From assembly GCA_002699105.1 (NCBI GenBank), contig PABJ01000026.1, forward strand, positions 1 to 51,095: DNA of 51,095 nt, given 5' to 3'. Source of the DNA: Ectothiorhodospiraceae bacterium (GTDB taxonomy: Bacteria > Bacteroidota > Ignavibacteria > SZUA-365 > GCA-2699105). Shown here piece by piece: positions 1-6,622 of this stretch (position 1 is its first letter; the number at the start of each line of letters is the position of its first letter). Made by a program: the position numbers and the translations under genes. The notes under the pieces are model-generated. The model was not told where the DNA came from. It saw only the letters and a program-made list of their open reading frames with translations, and did not search any database.

Positions 1-6
1 GGGCAA

Positions 7-52
7 GGGGGTCGACTCGTTGCCATGAAATGGCGCAACGAGTCGGGGGGAT
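7..52 (+). repeat. Hairpin module H1, copy 1 (G-run-flanked stem-loop)
   Basis: The sequence is GGGGGT CGACTCGTTGC catgaaatggc GCAACGAGTCG GGGGGAT. The 11-bp stem pairs 13-23 with 35-45. It lies directly 3' of the DUF559 stop codon. Related copies are at 14784-14830 and 15360-15406. Confidence 0.8.
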
Positions 53-56
53 CTCT

Positions 57-464
57 TCACCTATCGAGTGCGAACTCGGAATATAAAAGCTTGCAGACCG
101 CATCGAACTCCGATATGATCTCCAGATTCGTATAGCGCAGAACCTTGAGGTCATACAACTCTAACGTCTTGGTTCGTGTTGAATCCATTTGTTTCCCGAC
201 TTCACTGAAATGTTGGCCGCCATCGATTTCAATTACGGTATTTTGTGCTGGAATATAGAAGTCAACAATGTAGTGATCAATCGGCCGCTGACGCAGAACA
301 CGTATCGGAAGAGATTTAAGAAACTTCCAGAGTTTCCGCTCTTCAGGTGTTGCATGCTTCCGCAGATTTCTGGCATGTTCAAGAAGTGTTGGGTTGTATG
401 GCAGGAATCCACCTCTATACAAAAGGTTGCGGTCTTTTGCGAGTTGTATGAATTTCTTATTCAT
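57..464 (-). CDS. DUF559 / Vsr-like endonuclease-domain protein
   Basis: 135-aa ORF. The segment RKLWKFLKS..RVLRQRPIDHYIVDFYIP...VIEIDGGQHF is the pattern I associate with the DUF559 (very-short-patch-repair-like) endonuclease fold. GC is lower than the window background. Confidence 0.8.
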   Translation of the reverse strand: MNKKFIQLAKDRNLLYRGGFLPYNPTLLEHARNLRKHATPEERKLWKFLKSLPIRVLRQRPIDHYIVDFYIPAQNTVIEIDGGQHFSEVGKQMDSTRTKTLELYDLKVLRYTNLEIISEFDAVCKLLYSEFALDR

Positions 465-513
465 GGACTATTACTGGCGATTAGAGCGCTGCGGTGTACT
501 ATGTTCCGAAAAT

Positions 514-566
514 GATCCCCCCTCGCTCCCCCCTTGCCCGTCAGCCAAAGGCTGACTCAAGGGGGG
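514..566 (+). repeat. Module P variant: GATCCCCCC + CCCCCCTTG [nested hairpin] CAAGGGGGG
   Basis: CCCCCCTTG (528-536) pairs with CAAGGGGGG (558-566). An inner hairpin, GTCAGCC AAA GGCTGAC (540-556), sits in the loop. The element is related to 3987-4043, 19620-19677 and 47640-47677. Confidence 0.75.
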
Positions 567-590
567 ATGTAAGAATTTCCACGCACTCGC

Positions 591-604
591 GCTTTCCACT
601 TCTC
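591..604 (-). repeat. Purine-rich GTGGAAAG tract abutting a stop codon
   Basis: On the coding (minus) strand the T9SS gene ends TAA and is followed immediately by GAGAAGTGGAAAGC. The same tract type occurs at 2221-2291, 47776-47815, 48601-48640 and 49549-49585. Confidence 0.7.
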
Positions 605-1882
605 TTACCTGACCACCAGCATTGCCGTTTTCTTCTGGCCGTTTGCGAGGATGGAGTAGTAGTATACGCCAGGGGTTAGTCCAGCAGTGGCGAGGCTCTC
701 CGCGTGCTCGCCCGGCTCCACGCGCTTGCTGATGCGGCGGAGCTCACGCCCCAGGGCGTCATGCAGCAGGAGGGTGACGTTACCCGTCGTTGGCAGCGAG
801 TACTTCACCTGCGCGGGGTCGCCGGCGCTTACCGGGTTGGGGTAAGCCGGGGAGAGTGAGAATGAGGAGGGAGTCTGTTCAGTAGGCACAGTAGTGGGGT
901 AATCAAATTTCGCATGGATTACGCCGCCAACAGTTGCGATGTAGACGTATGGACCATTACTCGTGAAGTGATAAAATGGCGAAATGGTGCCATCGCTGTA
1001 GTGCCCCAGAACTTCGGGCATTTCCGGATTGCTAATATCCAGCAAGTAGAGGATTCCGGCGTCGGATAAGGCGTAGAGACGTTCGCCATCCATTTCAAAG
1101 CGGTTTATATAGATCACATCAGGGACGGAATAGACTTTATGAAGCCTGTAGTTTTCTCCCCACTGGTATATTTCCAATCCATTCCCCCCAATATAGAGAT
1201 AGTCGCCAACAGGTTGGTACGATTCAGCTGCCAAAGGCTCTGGCCAATATAAGAAGTGCATCTCGAATGCAAGCGTTTCGTCATGTTTGTACATCCAAAC
1301 CGATCCTTGGTCGTGCAGGGCGAAACCGTCTAAAAAATATGTATCTGGTGATTTGCCGGAATATGTAGGCCATGAACTCATGTAAGAGCCTGCAAGTCTT
1401 ACCGCCTCGCAAGGGTTGGAAATATCATAAACGTAAACGCTGTCCGCGGAGTTGACATACAGTAAGTCCTCCCGTATGTCGAGATTCATCAAATCATGTC
1501 TTGAATTGATTTCGATGGTATCGCAGATTCGAAGAGCTGTCGGATCTGAGATATCCAGCACTGTTACGCCAATAGTTCCTGAACATTGAAACACATACGG
1601 GTAGCGCATGAGCATGTCGCGCGCAATAGTCGGGTCTTCCTCGTTCCAGTACAAAGTGTCGAGCGGGATGGGATTCTCCGGATCGGAGACATCGAATGAG
1701 ACAAACGCATCGAATGCAGAGGCAACAAGCACCTCATCCGTACCGGCAATACCTGAAGCGCTCCAATTGAGAATAACTCCAAGTTCGGTACAGCCTTTGA
1801 GATCTTTAAACCCTTGCGAATGCACAGACGAGGACAGCAACACGAGAGAAGCGCAAAGAATAGTTAAAATCAATGTTTTCAT
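605..1882 (-). CDS. Secreted LVIVD-repeat beta-propeller protein with T9SS C-terminal sorting domain
   Basis: 425 aa with signal peptide MKTLILTILCASLVLLSSSVHSQ. It has recurring blades of the form ..FDVSDPENP.., ..VLDISDP.., ..VYDISNP.., ..LLDISNPEMP.. The C-terminal ~80 aa (AYPNPVSAG...GVYYYSILANGQKKTAMLVVR) look like a Por/T9SS sorting domain. Confidence 0.75.
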   Translation of the reverse strand: MKTLILTILCASLVLLSSSVHSQGFKDLKGCTELGVILNWSASGIAGTDEVLVASAFDAFVSFDVSDPENPIPLDTLYWNEEDPTIARDMLMRYPYVFQCSGTIGVTVLDISDPTALRICDTIEINSRHDLMNLDIREDLLYVNSADSVYVYDISNPCEAVRLAGSYMSSWPTYSGKSPDTYFLDGFALHDQGSVWMYKHDETLAFEMHFLYWPEPLAAESYQPVGDYLYIGGNGLEIYQWGENYRLHKVYSVPDVIYINRFEMDGERLYALSDAGILYLLDISNPEMPEVLGHYSDGTISPFYHFTSNGPYVYIATVGGVIHAKFDYPTTVPTEQTPSSFSLSPAYPNPVSAGDPAQVKYSLPTTGNVTLLLHDALGRELRRISKRVEPGEHAESLATAGLTPGVYYYSILANGQKKTAMLVVR

Positions 1883-2131
1883 AGTTATGATCCTGTTGTG
1901 TGCGAATATCCTGTGTGTATCGAGTCATTTTACAAAGAAATACACACAAATGCGATAGGGTACTCTCTTTTGAATGCTCACGGACGAAAGAAACGGATGG
2001 GCAATGTCCATACTGCTACAAATCCACCACGGCGCATCCGCCACGCCGCATCCGCCACGGCGGACCTACGGCCTTCGGCCTACGCGGGAATGACCCTTAG
2101 ACAGGTTCGGGGCGTGCAAGCAACACCGCAA

Positions 2132-2162
2132 CATCTCGAACCTCTGCGGTTCCTGCATACTC
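2132..2162 (-). repeat. Module E, inverted copy
   Basis: The sequence catctcGAACCtctgcGGTTCctgcatactc is the reverse complement of the GAGGATGCAGGAAC..CAGAGGTTCGAG module seen at 14837-14887 and 18975-19025. It contains a perfect 5-bp hairpin, GAACC/GGTTC. Confidence 0.65.
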
Positions 2163-2220
2163 TGAACAATGTCCTTCCGATTGCGCGGGGTAGACGCACG
2201 CTTGATTCTGTCTCTGAAAT

Positions 2221-2291
2221 TTTCCCATTTCCCCTCCTTCGACTACGCTCAGGACTTCGCCTGCGGCTTCGCTTTACCATTTCCACTTCTC
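2221..2291 (-). repeat. Composite purine-rich tract plus hairpin module abutting a stop codon
   Basis: On the minus strand the sequence reads TAA GAGAAGTGGAAATGGTAAAGCG aagccgcaggcgaagtcctgagcgtagtcgaagg AGGGGAAATGGGAAA. It starts directly after the stop of the 2292-3611 gene. Confidence 0.7.
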
Positions 2292-3611
2292 TTACCGTAC
2301 TATGAGCATTTCCGTTTTCTTCTGCCCGCTTGCGAGGAGTGAGTAGTAGTACACACCAGGTGTAAGCCCAACAGTTGGGATGCTCTCCGCGTGCTCACCC
2401 GGCTCTACGCGCTTGCTGATGCGGCGGAGCTCACGCCCCAGGGCATCATGAAGCAGCAGCGTGATGTTACCTGCTGATGGCAGCGAGTACCGCACTTGGG
2501 CTGTGCTGCCGGGGCTTACAGGGTTGGGGTACGCCGGGGAGAGGGAGAAGGAGGCGGCCTGAGGATTCGGAAGACTTGTTTGGGTGCTATCTAACTTGAT
2601 AATATGCAGCCCAATTGCGCCTGTGGTCATAAACACATATTCCCCATTGATGATCTGCCTATAAAAATAGCCTGCCCATGGATCAAAATACTTGGCGATG
2701 AGTTCTGGCTCGAGTGGCTCAGAGATATCATAGACAACGGTGTAGGGAGCCCTGAATGATATGCAATATAAAAGGTTGCCGATTATCTTGAAATCAGCAA
2801 TAAATGATTCGGTTGTTACAACATTTACTCTCGTGACTGTACCGGGAGCATCGATAGTGAATATCTCGAGGGAATGACCGAAGCCCCGGTACAGTATATT
2901 TCCGTGTAGAATGAGGCCTGAGGTTGGTCCATCACTGATCAATACTGAATCTATGGTATGCAATGAGCCATCCGGGAGAATTGTTTTCGTGAGTAAAGAT
3001 GTTTCGAGGAACCCAACAACGCTAGTGAATAGAACTGTATCTTCACTGATAAAATACCACGGATCGCCTTCTGTGCTTAGTTCGATAGGTGCATTGTAGG
3101 GATACGCATTTATTAATAGAGGGGCTTGAGTATCGGCTATCGAAAAAACGCGTGCACTATCCATGGTAAGCACAAAGAGGAGGTCGTTCTTCCTATGCAT
3201 AGCATGTGCACGACGTTTAAAAACATACGGAACCCGTGATGCGATTTGCAATGAATGAGGATCCGTAATATCGATGGTCAGCAGACCTTCATATGTTGTT
3301 GCAAGATGAAGGTAATTCCCATCAATCACCATATCTTGAACCATATCGAATCTTGGGTCGTAATTCCAGTCTATAGTGTCTAGGTAAACTGGGTTGTAAG
3401 GGTTCGAAACATCTACACTGAACAGGCTGGCTAAATCACAGAAATAAAGTATGTCATCCTCCAATGCTAATCCGGGGCAGGTCTCATGTTGGAGGACAGT
3501 GACCTGTTCTACATTGAAGCTGTTCTGTGAGAAGGTAGTCTGCGGGGCAATTAAGAACAGCAAGGCAAGGCTAGTAGCCAAACAGCAACGGAGTAATGAA
3601 GGGGAAACCAT
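2292..3611 (-). CDS. Secreted LVIVD-repeat beta-propeller protein with T9SS C-terminal sorting domain (paralog of 605-1882)
   Basis: 439 aa with a hydrophobic N-terminus (LLRCCLATSLALLFLIAPQTTFSQ). Blades include ..SVDVSNPYNP.., ..TIDITDPHS.., ..VYDISEPLEP.. The C-terminal domain is nearly identical to that of 605-1882. Confidence 0.75.
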   Translation of the reverse strand: MVSPSLLRCCLATSLALLFLIAPQTTFSQNSFNVEQVTVLQHETCPGLALEDDILYFCDLASLFSVDVSNPYNPVYLDTIDWNYDPRFDMVQDMVIDGNYLHLATTYEGLLTIDITDPHSLQIASRVPYVFKRRAHAMHRKNDLLFVLTMDSARVFSIADTQAPLLINAYPYNAPIELSTEGDPWYFISEDTVLFTSVVGFLETSLLTKTILPDGSLHTIDSVLISDGPTSGLILHGNILYRGFGHSLEIFTIDAPGTVTRVNVVTTESFIADFKIIGNLLYCISFRAPYTVVYDISEPLEPELIAKYFDPWAGYFYRQIINGEYVFMTTGAIGLHIIKLDSTQTSLPNPQAASFSLSPAYPNPVSPGSTAQVRYSLPSAGNITLLLHDALGRELRRISKRVEPGEHAESIPTVGLTPGVYYYSLLASGQKKTEMLIVR

Positions 3612-3864
3612 GTGCGTCTCGTATAGTGCTAGATGTGTGGAATGTACCTCATCGTGCTGCGAAGATCAAGGGCGTAAATGGCCCCCTTTATTGTCTGATG
3701 ACGGATTCTCTGGTCGCGCGCGCGGACGAGCAGAGCCCGCTGGGCTCGGCGCTTCCCGGGGCCGAGCGTATCCTTGGGATTCCTGCTTTCGCAGGATTAA
3801 TCCCGTTCTCCCGTCGCTGTGCATCCGGGGCGATGAGATCGGGACAGGCCTTCAACATCTGGTC

Positions 3865-3896
3865 GCTTCGAACCTCTGTGGTTTCTGCATGCTCGG
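3865..3896 (-). repeat. Module E, inverted copy
   Basis: The sequence is gcttcGAACCtctgtGGTTTctgcatgctcgg. It is the same module as 2132-2162, and the hairpin is kept through a G-U wobble. Confidence 0.6.
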
Positions 3897-3986
3897 AACG
3901 GCTGTTCAGATACATATAAATAACCACCACTCTCGGGGTAGGCGTGTAAATTGGTGCATCGTTTGAAGATAATATTGTAGTTGCAT

Positions 3987-4043
3987 CCAAATCCCCCCGT
4001 CGAACGCAGCGGGCTGCATTTGACGACCCCCTTGACAAGGGGG
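3987..4043 (+). repeat. Module P: CCAAATCCCCCC + variable hairpin + CCCCCTTG A CAAGGGGG
   Basis: CCAAATCCCCCC is at 3987-3998. The inserted hairpin GCAGC GG GCTGC is at 4006-4017. The palindrome CCCCCTTGACAAGGGGG is at 4027-4043. Confidence 0.8.
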
Positions 4044-4094
4044 TGAATATCCCATGCTCGCGCTCCACACGCACACCCCCTCTATACAACAAAC

Positions 4095-4116
4095 GGGCGC
4101 TCTGTTGAGAGCGCCC
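4095..4116 (-). terminator. Putative intrinsic terminator of iorAB
   Basis: GGGCGCTC tgttga GAGCGCCC is an 8-bp GC stem about 45 nt 3' of the iorB stop. It is followed on the minus strand by GTTTGTTG. Confidence 0.55.
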
Positions 4117-4161
4117 CGTTGAGACGGATACGGTGATATCCATCAGAGAATGATGCGGTAT

Positions 4162-4755
4162 TTATGCGGTCTTCAGTGCGCCTTGCTCGGCGAATTCGCG
4201 GCCGGCGCGGAGCGCGGCAATGTTGCCTTCTACAACCTTTTCGCCCTTGCGCTCGAAGATAACGCGGATGCCCTGTTCGAGGAGGTCGTACTCCAGCGGC
4301 AGGTGCGGTGTCGCAGCGCCGAGGATGACGATGTTCATCGCGCGGGCAGAGGCAACCTTCCGGGCAATGCCGTCGCCATCGAGGAGTACCGCGTTGGAAA
4401 GCGAATCCAGCCGCTGCCAGATCTTCTCCTGCTCGGGGTAGTCGACGATGTTCACGACCGGGGTCTTATTTGCGATCACCCAGCCCTCGGGGGATAGGAA
4501 CGATAGATAGCGCAGGGCTTCCATCGGCTCGACCGACATGATGATATCCGCCTTGCCCTCGGGGATGAGGGCGGAGTAGATTTCGCGGTCCGAGATGCGG
4601 AGGTGGCTCTGCACGTCGCCGCCGCGCTGGCTCATGCCGTGCACTTCGCTCTGCTTGAGATAGAGGCCTTTTTCGACGGCTGCATATCCGACGATCGTTG
4701 CGATGGTCAGGATACCCTGTCCGCCGACGCCTGCAAGAATGATATCGGATTTCAT
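4162..4755 (-). CDS. iorB: Indolepyruvate:ferredoxin oxidoreductase, beta subunit
   Basis: 197 aa. MKSDIILAGVGGQGILT...HGMSQRGG is typical of IorB and the 2-oxoacid:ferredoxin oxidoreductase gamma-type domain. The gene overlaps the upstream iorA by 4 nt. Confidence 0.85.
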   Translation of the reverse strand: MKSDIILAGVGGQGILTIATIVGYAAVEKGLYLKQSEVHGMSQRGGDVQSHLRISDREIYSALIPEGKADIIMSVEPMEALRYLSFLSPEGWVIANKTPVVNIVDYPEQEKIWQRLDSLSNAVLLDGDGIARKVASARAMNIVILGAATPHLPLEYDLLEQGIRVIFERKGEKVVEGNIAALRAGREFAEQGALKTA

Positions 4756-6359
4756 TTCGGCACATCTCCTGCTGTTTTCTTCTTATTCTGCCCAATCGTC
4801 ATAATGCATTCGCGGCGTTCGATGATGACCGAGACGCCATTGTATGCGAGCTCGCGCTTGATGATATCGGTATTTTCTTCGTGGTATTTCTTCAGCGGCT
4901 CTACAACGACCATGTGCTCAGGATCGACGCCGAGACCGAGGACGATATCGTCGAGTCTGCCGGTTGCCGAGGAAGCCTGTCCGCCGGTCATGCCGGTGGT
5001 GCCGTTATCCACAATGATCACCGTCACGGGGGTGTTCTCCGCGACGCAGTCGAGAAGTCCCGTCATACCGCTGTGGGTAAAGGTGCTGTCTCCGATGACT
5101 GCGACCGAGGGAATGAGGCCAGCATCCGCGGCGCCCTTCGCCATGGTGATTGATGCGCCCATATCAACGCAGCTGTTGATGGAGTTAAACGGCGGCAGCG
5201 CGCCCAGCGTGTAGCAGCCGATATCCGAGAAGACGCGGCCTTCATCCAGCGTGGCGAGCGCTTCGTTCAGCGCATTGTAGCTATCGACATGCGGACAGCC
5301 GGCGCAGAGCTTCGGCGGGCGGGGACTGAGGAGCTCTTTTTCCGCTTCGCCCGTCTGCACTTCCATTTTAAGCGCGCGCGCAACGATGTTCGGATTGAGT
5401 TCGCCTGCGCGGGGGATCGTGCCGTCCAAACGACCGAAGATCTTCTTGCCGCTATCCATGAATCCGCGGAGCTGCTCTTCGACGAACGGCATGCCGTCTT
5501 CGATGACGAGGATCGTCTCGCATTCCGCGAACATCCGCTGAATCATTGCCTTCGGCAGCGGGTACTGGCTGATCTTGAGCACGGGGTAGGGGCAGCCTTC
5601 CGGGTAGTTTTCCATCAGGTAGTTATAGCCGATACCGCATGCGATGATGCCGAGCGCCTTGTTTTCGGCGTCGGTGTAGGTGTTGAACGGACTGTTATCC
5701 GATGCCTCTTCGAACGCGGCCTGCTTGCCGAGCAGATCCTGGTAGTTTTTCCGTGCGATGGAGGGCAGCAGTACGAACTGGCGCTTGTTTTGCGGCAGGC
5801 GGAGCTCGTTCTGCGCTTTGGGCTCTACGGTTGCGACGCCGGAACGCGAGTGCGCGAGGCGGGTCGTGAGCCGCAGCAGCACGGGCGTACCGAGCTTTTC
5901 GCTCATATCGAAGCCGTAGCCCATGGCGTCGTAGGCTTCCTGCTGGTTGCTTGGTTCGAGGGTCGGGATAAGTGCAAACTTCCCGTAGAAGCGGCTATCC
6001 TGCTCGTTCTGCGAGCTGTGCATGGAGGGATCGTCGGCGGAGACGACGATGAGTCCGCCGTTCGCGCCCGTCACGCCTGCGTTCACGAATCCATCCGCGG
6101 CCACGTTCAGTCCGACGTGCTTCATACACGCCATTGCGCGTTTGCCTGCGTAGCTCATTCCGAGTGCGGCTTCCATGGCGGTTTTTTCGTTTGCGCTCCA
6201 CTGGGAGTGCACGCCGGATTCCTGCGCCTGCCTGGAATGCTGAATGTATTCGGTGATTTCGGTGGAGGGGGTTCCTGGGTACGCATAGACACCCGAAAGC
6301 CCGGCGTCGAGCGCGCCTTGCGCTATCGCTTCATCGCCGAGCAATAACATCCGTTTCAT
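4752..6359 (-). CDS. iorA: Indolepyruvate:ferredoxin oxidoreductase, alpha subunit (TPP-binding)
   Basis: 535 aa. The N-terminus reads LLLGDEAIAQGALDAGLSGVYAYPGTPSTEI. The TPP motif is GDSTFTHSG...VDNGTTGMTGGQ. The gene is translationally coupled to iorB. Confidence 0.85.
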   Translation of the reverse strand: MKRMLLLGDEAIAQGALDAGLSGVYAYPGTPSTEITEYIQHSRQAQESGVHSQWSANEKTAMEAALGMSYAGKRAMACMKHVGLNVAADGFVNAGVTGANGGLIVVSADDPSMHSSQNEQDSRFYGKFALIPTLEPSNQQEAYDAMGYGFDMSEKLGTPVLLRLTTRLAHSRSGVATVEPKAQNELRLPQNKRQFVLLPSIARKNYQDLLGKQAAFEEASDNSPFNTYTDAENKALGIIACGIGYNYLMENYPEGCPYPVLKISQYPLPKAMIQRMFAECETILVIEDGMPFVEEQLRGFMDSGKKIFGRLDGTIPRAGELNPNIVARALKMEVQTGEAEKELLSPRPPKLCAGCPHVDSYNALNEALATLDEGRVFSDIGCYTLGALPPFNSINSCVDMGASITMAKGAADAGLIPSVAVIGDSTFTHSGMTGLLDCVAENTPVTVIIVDNGTTGMTGGQASSATGRLDDIVLGLGVDPEHMVVVEPLKKYHEENTDIIKRELAYNGVSVIIERRECIMTIGQNKKKTAGDVPK

Positions 6360-6560
6360 GTGCGTTCCTTTCTATCAGTATGTGCGTAAAACGTCCGTCG
6401 ATCTATCGGAGCGAGCGTGCTGTGAGTTCAGCTCGCAGCGCCTTTGTACTCGGCGGGCCGCGAGGCCTCCGCGCCGCTTGCGCAGGGGACTTGCAGCACC
6501 CCGATCAACCTCAAATATAGCGAATCAGACCTCTATATCCTAGAGAAATCGGACAAGAAA

Positions 6561-6603
6561 GGTAGGGAATGGGGGGAGGGGTGGGAAAGGAGTAGTGGAA
6601 TGG
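6561..6603 (+). repeat. Purine-rich GGGAAAGG/GTGGAA tract, plus-strand orientation
   Basis: The sequence is ggtagggaatggggggaggggtgggaaaggagtagtggaatgg. It is compositionally the same tract type as those that follow minus-strand stop codons, but here it is on the other strand and does not follow a gene. It sits at the left border of the low-GC McrBC block. Confidence 0.5.
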
Positions 6604-6622
6604 CTATTTTTCCACGTACACA

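Noticed and set aside
4027-4043. TTGACA inside the CCCCCTTGACAAGGGGG palindromes considered as a -35 promoter box.
   Set aside because: No copy has a plausible -10 element at 16-19 nt. The hexamer is simply the centre of the palindrome.
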